Assembly (NCBI GenBank): GCA_965208435.1
Contig: OZ242337.1
Span: 1,516,180-1,580,179 of the forward strand
Origin: Candidatus Aldehydirespiratoraceae bacterium
Lineage (GTDB): Bacteria > Actinomycetota > Acidimicrobiia > Acidimicrobiales > Aldehydirespiratoraceae
DNA length: 64,000 bases
Direction: 5' to 3'
Shown here: piece after piece, positions 19,670 through 28,834 of the stretch
How positions within the stretch are numbered: position 1 is the stretch's first letter
How the letters are laid out: each line of letters begins with the position of its first letter
The notes under the pieces: model-generated
The model's input: the letters and a program-made list of their open reading frames with translations, nothing else
Database searches by the model: none
What the model was told of the DNA's origin: nothing
Program-made: the position numbers and the translations under genes

Positions 19670-20287
19670 TCAGCCCAGAACAGCGTCGGCTCCGAGTACC
19701 ACATAGATGTGGTAGTCGGTGGTGGCTTCCCGGTAGGTCTCAGCGACCAGGGTGAGCGGATCAGCGGGCGCCGCCTCGGTGACAGACGGCGATCCGTTCA
19801 GAGCCACTGCAACCAGTGCGGCCTCATCGGCGTATCCGGGCGTGTAATAGACCCGGCTGAACTCTTTGTCGCTCGTATCGGCGTTTGCCGCGATCGACAC
19901 GTACCCGGCGGTCTTGAGGTGATCCGAACGTGATCCCGCCAAGCCCGTCTCACCACGGCCGTTGAGGACTGCGACTTTCACCGAGTTCGGCGGATCGACG
20001 ACCACTGGAGCGGCTGTGGTCGTCGTCGAGGTTGTCTCGGGCACGTCGTCTTCGGAGCCGTCACGAGTGGAGGTGGTAGGGGTTTCCTCCTCCTCCATGT
20101 CGTCGCCGGTCTCCGCGGCGTCATCTCCTCCGGTCTCGACGGGGTCGTCGCCATCGAATCCCTGCCACAGCAACAACACACCGATGACGATGGCTATGGC
20201 GATCAGTATTCCGCCTCTCGCGGCAGCGGTCGCCGTCGACTTGGTGAACGAGTTGTCAGATGCGGCGTAGCGCCCAGGTGCTGTCAT
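19670..20287 (-). CDS. Membrane-anchored LytR_C domain protein
   Basis: N-terminal TM helix, acidic/Thr-rich linker, then VAVLNG.G..GLAG.....L...GY LytR C-terminal pattern. Confidence 0.7.
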   Translation of the reverse strand: MTAPGRYAASDNSFTKSTATAAARGGILIAIAIVIGVLLLWQGFDGDDPVETGGDDAAETGDDMEEEETPTTSTRDGSEDDVPETTSTTTTAAPVVVDPPNSVKVAVLNGRGETGLAGSRSDHLKTAGYVSIAANADTSDKEFSRVYYTPGYADEAALVAVALNGSPSVTEAAPADPLTLVAETYREATTDYHIYVVLGADAVLG

Positions 20288-20410
20288 CGGCTGTGCTCCT
20301 CGTGGGTGAGTCCCAAGTATGCCTTAGCTTGACAGATCACGGCACGCGATGGGAGCCGGAACCGAAAAATTCGGCGCTGATCGGCGCAAACGGCCTTACG
20401 CTGAGGCAAC

Positions 20411-20486
20411 GCCCGAGTAGCTCAGTTGGTAGAGCAGCTGTCTTGTAAACAGCAGGTCGCAGGTTCGACTCCTGTCTCGGGCTCCA
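20411..20486 (+). tRNA. tRNA-Thr (anticodon UGU), CCA encoded
   Basis: Acceptor gcccgag/ctcgggc, D-arm agctcagttggtagagc, anticodon stem gctgt/acagc with loop cttgtaa, T-arm gcaggttcgactcctgt, then t-cca. Confidence 0.9.
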
Positions 20487-20660
20487 GCACGTAGCGGAGA
20501 TCACTGTCCGCGCCAAAGCAGCCTTCCGAGATACTCAGAAGCCGATCTGTTGGCATGCCAACGCTCGGCGGCTTCTGTCGCTGACCGCCAAACGCGGCAC
20601 ATCAACTGAACGGCCGGGCGCTATCGTCCTTGCGATGCAACTCCGTCGGTTAAATTGATC

Positions 20661-22949
20661 ATGCAGGATTTCAAGCATGACTCACCGACCTTCGGGGAGC
20701 TGATCGGCCGTCAGGGGTTGTGCTTCTACGTGCCCACGTATCAGCGCGGCTTCACATGGGGTTCTGACCAGATCGAGCGGCTATTTGAGGACCTATTCGC
20801 CGGAACGGACCGAGTCGCTGCCGGCGACAATCCTTCGACGTTCCTAGGCTCAGTAATCTTCTTCGCTGACAAGTACGCAGTGGAACCCAAGAAGCTAAAC
20901 GCGTTACCAACCCAGGTCTTTAACGTTGTCGATGGTCAACAACGCCTCACGACGTTGCTGCTCGTGTGTTCCAGCCTGATGAGGGCAACGCATCAAGTCC
21001 TGACTGAGCTGGACGCGACCCAAGTTACGGACTCAGATCCAGATCCGACAACGACGTGGCTGCGCGAGATCCTTCAAGCTGTCTCCGGCCGCTTGCTCGG
21101 TGCCCTCCATTTCGACGACGAGCGGGCCGAGAGCGGCTACCGCTTCAAGCCACGCATGATCCGCCAGGCTTCTGACATTTGGGGCAACACCGAAACGGAC
21201 GCCCGCTACGAGAGTGACATCGCCTGGTACCTGCACGCGATGGCGACGGCGAGAGCCGAAACGAGTGCGTACGAACCCGTTGCCGTGTCGCCACACCGAC
21301 CTCAGCTGCGGCTCGCGCTGGAGGCCATCGAATCGGCGCTCGCAGCGGTCCAGACTGGGGAGATTGAATGCGCCGCCTTGTCGAAGCTGGCCTTCGTGAC
21401 CAGTGATGAGGCCTGCGGCCGGCTGCTTGATCGACCAGAAGGGTCACCGGTTGGGTCCTCGTCGTTCAGCGAGCTACAACGCCGCGGAGCCCGCCTGGCA
21501 ACCATCGCGTCCTTCCTTCTAACTCACGTCAAAGTGATCGAGGTCCTTGCACCAAACGAGGAATATGCCTTCACGCTCTTCGAGCCGCTCAATACAACCG
21601 GCCAACCTCTCACGCCGATCGAGACGTTGAGGCCGCTCGTGGTCCAGGCCGAGGGCGGGAGCTCAAATTTCATGAGATCACCGAGTGTTAGGGATCTTGA
21701 GGCCGTGGATCGCTATCTGTCGGAGGACCTCGAACCCGCACCGCGCGCCCGCCGGTTGGACGCACTCATCACATCGTTCGCTCTCGTCGAGCACGGCGAG
21801 AAGATCGGCCGCGGGCTCCTAGCCCAACGCTCGTTTCTCCGCCAGCGGTACGAGCCCGCGGCTGGGATGGATCTGCAGGACAAACGTGCCTTCTCTCGCG
21901 GTCTTGCCACCACAGCGAACTTCCTCAACGACGTGTGGGATGACGACTCGCCAACGATGGTCCGCGACGATGAACGCACGCACCTCTGTCTCGAAGTGTT
22001 GAACACGACGAAGCACAGCATCGCGATTCCCCTTCTCATTCGGTTCTATGAGAGGGCCGACGAGACCAAAGCGGGTTCCGACATCGAGGAATTTCGACAG
22101 GTGCTGCGGTCGGTTACGGCGTTCTGGACGTTGTGGCGAACGGCGCTGACAACCACAAGCGGAATCGATACTGTACATCGTCGTCTGATTCGCGAAGGTC
22201 ACGCAGAAACCAACCTCCCTCGCCTAACCCGCGCGGAGACAGCCCCTGAGGACCTTCCCAAGGCAGAGGACGTAAGAAGCGCTCTTCGCGGCATCCTGCT
22301 GCAGAAGCTGAAGATCAGCGGTCTCGAGGACTGGGTGAACATGGTTGGAGCACGATCGGTGTACCAAACGGAGAAAGCTCTGGCCCGATACCTCCTCCTT
22401 CTGGCGCACGATGACGCTATCGAGGACCCAGGGGCGCCTGGACACTGCCAACGGGGGGCCGGTGAGTACGGTTCTACGCTCAACGTGGCCACCTGGAAGG
22501 CGCACTACACCATCGAGCACATGGCACCTCAGTCGTTCAATGCCGCTGACGCGACGTATGAGCGGGCCATCTACGACGACGGGTTGGTCGATCGACTAGG
22601 CAACCTGCTCCTGCTTCCGGCGGGTCTCAACCAGGTAATCGGCAATCGCCCGTGGCCAGCCAAGCGGGCAATCTACCAAGTGTTGTCGAGTGCGGATCCC
22701 GTCGAACGACAGGATGGGTTCAAGAATGCGGGGCTAACGACCATCGGGCGCAAGGCCGCAGAACTCATCGAGTCGGCAGACTACATGCCGTTCTGCAGGT
22801 TCGTAAGCTCGCTTCCGCCGGACAAGAATCTGTCCGCTGAGTTCGTACGAGAGCGGGCTCGAAGCCTCGCACGACTGGCCTGGGATCGATTGTGGGACGA
22901 TCTTTCTCCAACCGCTCTTGCGTCGCGAACCGAGTTCGAGGACACCTAA
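20661..22949 (+). CDS. sspE: DUF262 (ParB/GmrS-like NTPase) + DUF1524 (His-Me finger nuclease) protein, SspE-like
   Basis: N-terminal YVPTYQRGFTW....I..L..DL and DGQQRLTTL. C-terminal HYTIEHMAPQS...LGNLLLLP..LN..IGN.PW. Located next to sspABCD. Confidence 0.75.
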   Translation: MQDFKHDSPTFGELIGRQGLCFYVPTYQRGFTWGSDQIERLFEDLFAGTDRVAAGDNPSTFLGSVIFFADKYAVEPKKLNALPTQVFNVVDGQQRLTTLLLVCSSLMRATHQVLTELDATQVTDSDPDPTTTWLREILQAVSGRLLGALHFDDERAESGYRFKPRMIRQASDIWGNTETDARYESDIAWYLHAMATARAETSAYEPVAVSPHRPQLRLALEAIESALAAVQTGEIECAALSKLAFVTSDEACGRLLDRPEGSPVGSSSFSELQRRGARLATIASFLLTHVKVIEVLAPNEEYAFTLFEPLNTTGQPLTPIETLRPLVVQAEGGSSNFMRSPSVRDLEAVDRYLSEDLEPAPRARRLDALITSFALVEHGEKIGRGLLAQRSFLRQRYEPAAGMDLQDKRAFSRGLATTANFLNDVWDDDSPTMVRDDERTHLCLEVLNTTKHSIAIPLLIRFYERADETKAGSDIEEFRQVLRSVTAFWTLWRTALTTTSGIDTVHRRLIREGHAETNLPRLTRAETAPEDLPKAEDVRSALRGILLQKLKISGLEDWVNMVGARSVYQTEKALARYLLLLAHDDAIEDPGAPGHCQRGAGEYGSTLNVATWKAHYTIEHMAPQSFNAADATYERAIYDDGLVDRLGNLLLLPAGLNQVIGNRPWPAKRAIYQVLSSADPVERQDGFKNAGLTTIGRKAAELIESADYMPFCRFVSSLPPDKNLSAEFVRERARSLARLAWDRLWDDLSPTALASRTEFEDT

Positions 22950-23434
22950 CCGGCAACTGGTTCACTTGCATCGGACGAGAGCGACTTGACCAGGCTGCGT
23001 GTGAGGTTTTGGAGAGCCGGGAGATGGCCCGCTTCCATCATTTCTTTGACCAGAGGGATCCCGCCCGCTGCGTAGCCCTCGGCGATGTCCAAGACTTTCC
23101 GCGGATCTTGCACGACAAACGGCTCCCCCGTGTGGGCTATGGCCAACAAGAACAGAAACTCAATCGTGGCAAGGTCGCGTTGAAGGACCACGCCGGTGAT
23201 GAACTCGTGGCGTTCAGCACGGTCCACGGTCACAAAATGATCCTGTGATGCTCCTACCGCTGCTGCAAGAAGCCAGAAATCGACATAGCGCTTGAACGGC
23301 GCTTCTTCGACATCCTTGGATCTCCCCTCTGCCGAGCCAAAAGTGGTGCTATAGAGCTTCAGATCCTCGTGGTAGGCCTTGGGCACGTGAATGGATTGGT
23401 TTGCGAATGGGTTGAAGTCTTGGGAGATCGCCAT
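22946..23434 (-). CDS. 162 aa helical protein, last gene of the ssp operon (possibly dnd-associated-protein-4 / PbeA / SspF-like)
   Basis: TGA-ac-ATG coupling to the upstream ATPase. APFKRYVDFWLLAAAVG segment. Family assignment is from memory only. Confidence 0.45.
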   Translation of the reverse strand: MAISQDFNPFANQSIHVPKAYHEDLKLYSTTFGSAEGRSKDVEEAPFKRYVDFWLLAAAVGASQDHFVTVDRAERHEFITGVVLQRDLATIEFLFLLAIAHTGEPFVVQDPRKVLDIAEGYAAGGIPLVKEMMEAGHLPALQNLTRSLVKSLSSDASEPVAG

Positions 23435-23436
23435 GT

Positions 23437-25548
23437 TCACACCGTTGTCTTTCGCTCGCATACCCGACAAGAGGAGTAGTAGTCGCAGTCGCATAGCAAC
23501 GTCTCAAGTCGCCCGGTCCCCGGATCGTTGACCAGTTGCCTCGGGTAATGGTCGGTGAAGGTCATCGTGTAGGTGCGTCCGGTGTATTGATCGAGAATGT
23601 CCTCCACGCCTTGAACTTCGCTTCCCGTTAGGAACATGACAAGTTGCGTTGAATTCTCCGCGGCGTACTCAAGCAGCGATCTCCGGACCAGGGCGCTGGT
23701 CATTCCAAGCGGCGTGTCGACGACGTTGGGAGCACTCACGCCGCTCACACGGACGAGCCCAAGGATAAAGGCCAGCGTCAGTGCCCTGCGTTGCGCCCCG
23801 CTGAGATCCTTGTCGGGGTCGAGCCGTTGGTCATCCGACCCAAAAACAATGATGTCATGCTGGCGAGTTAGCTCCGCTCGCTTAATCAGGCCACCAGACT
23901 CTGGATCGGCAACAATCATTTTGAGAAAGATCCCACTCATCGCCGAACTCACCTCATCGACGGTCTCGCTCTCCAGGGTCTTGACAGTGCTCCGAAGCAC
24001 GGTCAGCAAGTCGTTGGAGGCAATCTCTTCGGCAAGCCGGCGTCGGTACTTCTCCTCCTTCTTGAGGGCCGCTCGTCGTTCCTTGACTACTGCGGCTAGA
24101 TCGCGCTCTTTGTTGCGGATTCGCTCGGACAATCGCGCCGCTTCGCCGGCGAGGCGCTTCGCCTCAGATTCCTCCCCGGTCCGCATTCGTTCGAGTTCGC
24201 TGATGTCTTGGTCGGGGATATCTCTGATGAGAGTTCGTAGCTCGGCCACGTCCTTCTCGAGCCGCCGTTGGGTCTGGCTGCAGCGTACGATTTCGGCTTG
24301 GGAATCATGAGCCTGGACAACCCACGAGTCAGGTTCCTCATCGTCGCCGTTCGTGCCGCGTAATCTCGCAGCAGTACTGAGGTGCAGCAGGATCTCATGG
24401 CTTTGCTCAAGCTGGTCGATCCCTGCCAGGACGTCGCAGAGAGTGGCGTGTGCATCCGTTCCTTCCGACACGTCTGTCCCGCAAATACAGGTCTTGCGAC
24501 GGAGTCGATCTCGCACGACTTCGGGAAGGGTGTCCGGAATGACCCCTTCGTTTTCAAGTTGAGCAAGTAGTTCTCCGGCCTGGTGGATCTGGGTTGCCGC
24601 AACTCGTGTGAGTAAGTCGGAACTGTTGACGAGTCCACGCTGCCGTTTCAATAGGTGATTGTGGTGCTCACGCTCGGCGTCAAGCTCATTTGTCCGATTC
24701 GATAGATCGGACTCAAGCTGTCGACGATCCGCGCCACCAGCGGCAAGGGCAGCATGGAGGGCCTCGACCGCCTTGCGCATGCGAGTTTCGGTAGCCTGGC
24801 GCTCCTCGTCGATCCACTCCTTGTCCCGTTCCAATTCCTGCAAGTCGTTGCTCAGTTCCGTTTCTCGCGTTGCGAGGCGCGCCAAATCGGTACCCGCGGC
24901 GTCTTTCCGGACGGCGGACACTGCCTGTCTCCTCGCGGTGTCCACGTGACGCTCAGCCTCTTCGAGAATGTCGAGTCCCAGCAACTGGCGCACCGCCTTT
25001 TCCACTCGGTCTCGTTTCGCTGAACGTTCGTCAGTTGCCTCAATAAACAGGAGGGCACGGTCCCCATCGATGAAGAAAACATCCTTCAGGCTCTTGGGCA
25101 GCACACGATTGGCGATGAACGCGTTCGGGTTGGACACGGGTTCATCACCTGTTGGCTTCTGCTCAAAGAGCATCAGATCTGATCCGTCTACATCGAAGGC
25201 ACCAGCGTTCGTTGGCCGCTCCTTCGTGGTGCGTACTAGATCGTACGTCCGTTCCATGCCGGTTTCGTCGTCGATGGTTGCGAACCTGATCGCTACCTCA
25301 ATCGCGCAGATCTCGCCGTCGCTTTGGACATCCCAGTCCAAGGGATGAAGGCGGTACTTGGATCTACTGCCGGGTAGCGCGTAGTCGCCAAAGAGGCCCC
25401 AGGTAAGAGCCATGAGAAGCGTCGTCTTCCCGGTGCCGTTCTCGGCACGGATCACTGTAAGGGGACTAGCGGACTCGCGGGCAAAGGAGACCTCGATGTC
25501 GCGGAGCTGCCGGAAGTTGCGCACCTTGGCGTGGTCGAGCTTGATCAT
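23437..25548 (-). CDS. SMC/DndD-like ABC-type ATPase with C-terminal Cys cluster
   Basis: MIKLDHAKVRNFRQL....NGTGKTTLL (Walker A), long coiled-coil middle, LSGAQRRAL signature, and CDCDYYSSCRVC at the C-terminus. Confidence 0.75.
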   Translation of the reverse strand: MIKLDHAKVRNFRQLRDIEVSFARESASPLTVIRAENGTGKTTLLMALTWGLFGDYALPGSRSKYRLHPLDWDVQSDGEICAIEVAIRFATIDDETGMERTYDLVRTTKERPTNAGAFDVDGSDLMLFEQKPTGDEPVSNPNAFIANRVLPKSLKDVFFIDGDRALLFIEATDERSAKRDRVEKAVRQLLGLDILEEAERHVDTARRQAVSAVRKDAAGTDLARLATRETELSNDLQELERDKEWIDEERQATETRMRKAVEALHAALAAGGADRRQLESDLSNRTNELDAEREHHNHLLKRQRGLVNSSDLLTRVAATQIHQAGELLAQLENEGVIPDTLPEVVRDRLRRKTCICGTDVSEGTDAHATLCDVLAGIDQLEQSHEILLHLSTAARLRGTNGDDEEPDSWVVQAHDSQAEIVRCSQTQRRLEKDVAELRTLIRDIPDQDISELERMRTGEESEAKRLAGEAARLSERIRNKERDLAAVVKERRAALKKEEKYRRRLAEEIASNDLLTVLRSTVKTLESETVDEVSSAMSGIFLKMIVADPESGGLIKRAELTRQHDIIVFGSDDQRLDPDKDLSGAQRRALTLAFILGLVRVSGVSAPNVVDTPLGMTSALVRRSLLEYAAENSTQLVMFLTGSEVQGVEDILDQYTGRTYTMTFTDHYPRQLVNDPGTGRLETLLCDCDYYSSCRVCERKTTV

Positions 25549-25793
25549 CAGGATGGCTCCCAACCGGACTTGAGGAGGACCGTCGCTAACGCTTGCGCCT
25601 TGTCGCTGACCTTCTTCTGGATTTGTGTCCTCGCTTCGAGGTGCTCCTTTTCGAGGACAACGATCTGGGCCAACGTCTCAAGAACGTCCCGCCGGTAACC
25701 CGGCACACGGTCCGTTTCATCGATTCGGTCAACCTGCTCGCGTAAGACCGCAAGAAGTTTCTGTTGGCTGACCGTCATTTCGTGTTCCTCCAC
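25548..25793 (-). CDS. 81 aa helical hypothetical protein
   Basis: Stop/start overlap (TGATG at 25546-25550) with the ATPase gene. No motif recognised. Confidence 0.4.
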   Translation of the reverse strand: MEEHEMTVSQQKLLAVLREQVDRIDETDRVPGYRRDVLETLAQIVVLEKEHLEARTQIQKKVSDKAQALATVLLKSGWEPS

Positions 25794-25806
25794 CTATTCT
25801 CGGCGA

Positions 25807-27966
25807 TCATACGATGTACTCCAGTCGGACATCCTGGAGTATGCCCCGTGGTCCCCGAGGGGCGGCGCGGTTCCGCGCGAGCGCTGCAAATTCATCACAC
25901 CTAGCGAGTTCGCCCCGGATCAGTCGCTTTACATCGTCGTCCCTTGGTTCACCAGGCGGTGGAAGGACCAGAAAATCATGAATCGTGGCGTACTCCTTTC
26001 CCAAAGACGAGCACATGCGTAAGACTCGACCCCGTCGCTGAACCCATTGACGCTCGACGGTCGTGCTCGCCAAGATGATTGCCGTCGAGATCTCAGGGAC
26101 GTTCAAACCTTCGTCAAGAACGCGCTTTGCCGTGAGCACTTTGAGGGATCCTTTCCGAAACGCATCGAGCACAGAGTCAACAAGTCTCGCGCTGCCCGTC
26201 TCGTGAGCTGTAATCTGGTGGAATCTGAGACCTAGCGATCGAACAATCTCGTTCACAGCGTCGAGTTGGCTCGGGTCCTTGTCGGTGGCGTAAACGAGCG
26301 TGTGCCGCACTTCATCCGGTGAACCCTGCGTGAGCAGCGTCTTCAGCATTTCGAGCTTTCCCTCCGCCGCCTCAAGAACGAGGCGTCGTCTGTTGAGGAG
26401 TAGTTGCAGTCGCTCCTCTTCTTCGACGCTCGGGGCATCGCCCGCGACGAGCATTAGCCTGCGGATCTGGTCGCAGAGTGCCCGGTAATCCTCAAGCTCG
26501 TCGTGGCTGAGATCGATCGGGTGGAGGTGGTAGTCGTACGGGACAAGGCAAACGCCGATTGCTTCGGCGAGACCGAACTCAAGAACGACGTTACCGAAGT
26601 ATTCCGTCAAGCGAGCTGTACCATCTGGATCATATTGACGTTCGGGGGTTGCCGAGAGTCCGAGCCGATAGTCGACATGGAGAGGCGGCGAGGCAAAGAA
26701 CGAGCCTCCACCGAGATTGTGGACTTCGTCGGCGATAAGCATCATTGGCCCCTCGTAGTTGTCGAGGAGCTCGCGGAACGCGGTATCGTTGAGGAAGTCA
26801 TTTGTCACGATAAGCGCCTCAACGCCTCGCGTGTCGAACTCGATGCGTTGAAGTCGTTCGTCGATCTCACGGAGTCGTCTCCGACGCCCGTGCGTTCCAG
26901 AGACGTACGGGTCGATCCCAAAGTCACGCCATTCCTGTGCCCACTGCGCGACTAACGGGCGCGTCGGAGCTGCAACAACAACGACAAGCCGCCTGAGCTC
27001 GCGCCATAGTCGCCAGGCGCAGAGCAGGGCTGTGATCGTCTTGCCTGAACCGGTGGCCATAGCGAGGATTCCGTGGCGGCCCGCTCCTTCCCATTTGAGC
27101 ACCGCCCGTCCTTGGTGCGAGTACCGGCCGGTCTCCCAGACAAGATTGCTTGGTGGCAAAAACCGGTCCCGGTGCGCGCTGGCTTCCACAGCTGAGCCAA
27201 GATCGCTCCGATAGAGCTTGCCCTCAAGCTCAAGCGCCCTTCGGTATTCCGCTTCGGTGGGTGGTTCGCTTGTGTCGTACGACTCGATCAAGCCCTCTTG
27301 CAGCGCAACCGGGAGATCCACGGCGATCGCATGAGGCTTGGTGTTCGACCAGTACGCCTCGAACTCGCTGACGGCCTCTCGGCTCGCTGTTTCACTGTCA
27401 CCGCCGCGCCAACTGCGATGCAGATTCAGTCGCTCCACGTTGCCGAGAAAGGCTTGGCCCGTGAAATTCGCAGACCCGGACAAGACCGCGAGGTCTTGGT
27501 TGGCTCGGAAGATCCACTCCTTGAGGTGGAATCTCGCATCTTCCACCAAGACCACCTTCATGAGCAGGCGTCGAGTGGCGAGCAAGTAGGCGAAGCAATG
27601 CTTGGTGTGTTGAGCCAGCGCGCTCGCCAGGGCCGTTTCGTCCGAGAAAGCCGATTCGATCGCACCATTGAGCAGCTCAGCTGGACTCCTAGTACCGAGC
27701 CGAATACCGGCCTGATCGGACTCCGACAGCACCGGGCTGACAAGTAGTCGGATCGGTTGATCACTGCGCAGGATGTAGGACGCAAGACCGTGAGATAGCT
27801 CACGGAGGGCCGCTCCTCCGAAGTAGCCGACCATGCAATCGAACCGGTCAGCGACCTGCAGTGCGGGAATGATTACATCCTCGACTACCTCGTCATCTGG
27901 GCGCCGCCATGTCGGTTTTCGGTCGTCGAGCAGCCTGAGCCGCGATACTGCACCACCCGCCACCAT
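25807..27966 (-). CDS. PLD/HKD-nuclease domain fused to an SF2 (ResIII/DEAH) helicase; PT-system restriction-enzyme-like
   Basis: HKD-like FHLKEWIF....VLSGSANFT. Helicase motifs MATGSGKT, DEVHNLG, SATPER and QRRGRVLR. Start is 1 nt after the sspD stop. Confidence 0.8.
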   Translation of the reverse strand: MVAGGAVSRLRLLDDRKPTWRRPDDEVVEDVIIPALQVADRFDCMVGYFGGAALRELSHGLASYILRSDQPIRLLVSPVLSESDQAGIRLGTRSPAELLNGAIESAFSDETALASALAQHTKHCFAYLLATRRLLMKVVLVEDARFHLKEWIFRANQDLAVLSGSANFTGQAFLGNVERLNLHRSWRGGDSETASREAVSEFEAYWSNTKPHAIAVDLPVALQEGLIESYDTSEPPTEAEYRRALELEGKLYRSDLGSAVEASAHRDRFLPPSNLVWETGRYSHQGRAVLKWEGAGRHGILAMATGSGKTITALLCAWRLWRELRRLVVVVAAPTRPLVAQWAQEWRDFGIDPYVSGTHGRRRRLREIDERLQRIEFDTRGVEALIVTNDFLNDTAFRELLDNYEGPMMLIADEVHNLGGGSFFASPPLHVDYRLGLSATPERQYDPDGTARLTEYFGNVVLEFGLAEAIGVCLVPYDYHLHPIDLSHDELEDYRALCDQIRRLMLVAGDAPSVEEEERLQLLLNRRRLVLEAAEGKLEMLKTLLTQGSPDEVRHTLVYATDKDPSQLDAVNEIVRSLGLRFHQITAHETGSARLVDSVLDAFRKGSLKVLTAKRVLDEGLNVPEISTAIILASTTVERQWVQRRGRVLRMCSSLGKEYATIHDFLVLPPPGEPRDDDVKRLIRGELARCDEFAALARNRAAPRGPRGILQDVRLEYIV

Positions 27967-27967
27967 G

Positions 27968-28834
27968 TCAGATAGCGCACACGGTGCATGGTTGGGTGTC
28001 GTCGTCCTCGTCGAGCGCTTCGCTGAGGGCTTCGATTAGGGGGAGGTTGGCTCTGGTCTTGTTAGCCCGGGTCTTGGCTGCTTCGTGGCGTCCGAGTATT
28101 TCGTCGCGGCGGGATCGGAGTTCAAGGAGTGTTTCGCCGCCGGACCAGGTGTATTGGCGTCCACGCATAGCTCGATCACCGAAGTCAGCGTCGCCGTCGG
28201 TGCCTGCGTCTTGGAGCACCTTCTGCTCGATGGCCACCGCACGTTCGAACAGTTCCGGGTGACGTTCGGAGAGACCGATCCATTCTGCTTTGCGCTGGTA
28301 GAAGCAGAAGTAGCAGCCGGAGCGGGTTCGCCATTCGTAGTACGCGGGGAGCCCGATTCCTGCGTCTTCGAGGATTCGCATGACGCCATCGTGGTCGATG
28401 TTGTCTTCGATGAACGGGAACCGGGTTTCGATGTTGGGCTTGGTGGAGATGTATCCCTTGCGGTTTGACTCGTCGGCCCGGATGGCCACATAGGAGACCG
28501 CGGGGGTTTTTCCTATCCATTCCTCAATGGGTTTGATCTTCATGTTCTTGGTGCACCAGCGCATCTGTGGTGATGGGAGGGCCCCTCTGAATACCTCGAA
28601 CCAGTGGTCGAATCCGCGCGAGGCGTTGAGCCGAACGATGGGCTTGCCAAGGATCACTTCAAGGCGGGTGAGATATTCGTAGGTTTCGGGCAGTTCGGCT
28701 CCGGTGTCACAGAAGAAGTACTCCATGTCCGGCACCTTGTAGCGGAGGTAGACGGCGAGGGCGCTGGAGTCCTTACCTCCGGAGATGCCGCAGATGTGGC
28801 GGGTGGTCTCAGCCATGACTTGATCTCGTATCAC
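27968..28834 (-). CDS. sspD: PAPS-reductase-fold ATP pyrophosphatase SspD
   Basis: ICGISGGKDSSAL PP-loop, C-terminal CTVC, positioned after the sspC-like ATPase. Confidence 0.85.
   Translation of the reverse strand: MIRDQVMAETTRHICGISGGKDSSALAVYLRYKVPDMEYFFCDTGAELPETYEYLTRLEVILGKPIVRLNASRGFDHWFEVFRGALPSPQMRWCTKNMKIKPIEEWIGKTPAVSYVAIRADESNRKGYISTKPNIETRFPFIEDNIDHDGVMRILEDAGIGLPAYYEWRTRSGCYFCFYQRKAEWIGLSERHPELFERAVAIEQKVLQDAGTDGDADFGDRAMRGRQYTWSGGETLLELRSRRDEILGRHEAAKTRANKTRANLPLIEALSEALDEDDDTQPCTVCAI

Noticed and set aside
20487-20660. Searched for an integrase gene or a direct repeat of the tRNA-Thr 3-prime end that would define classic attL/attR for the island.
   Set aside because: No recombinase-like ORF exists between 20.5 and 47.0 kb. 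I could not spot a copy of 15 nt or more of the tRNA 3-prime end near the right boundary by eye. This needs a computed alignment, so the island claim rests on content and composition only.
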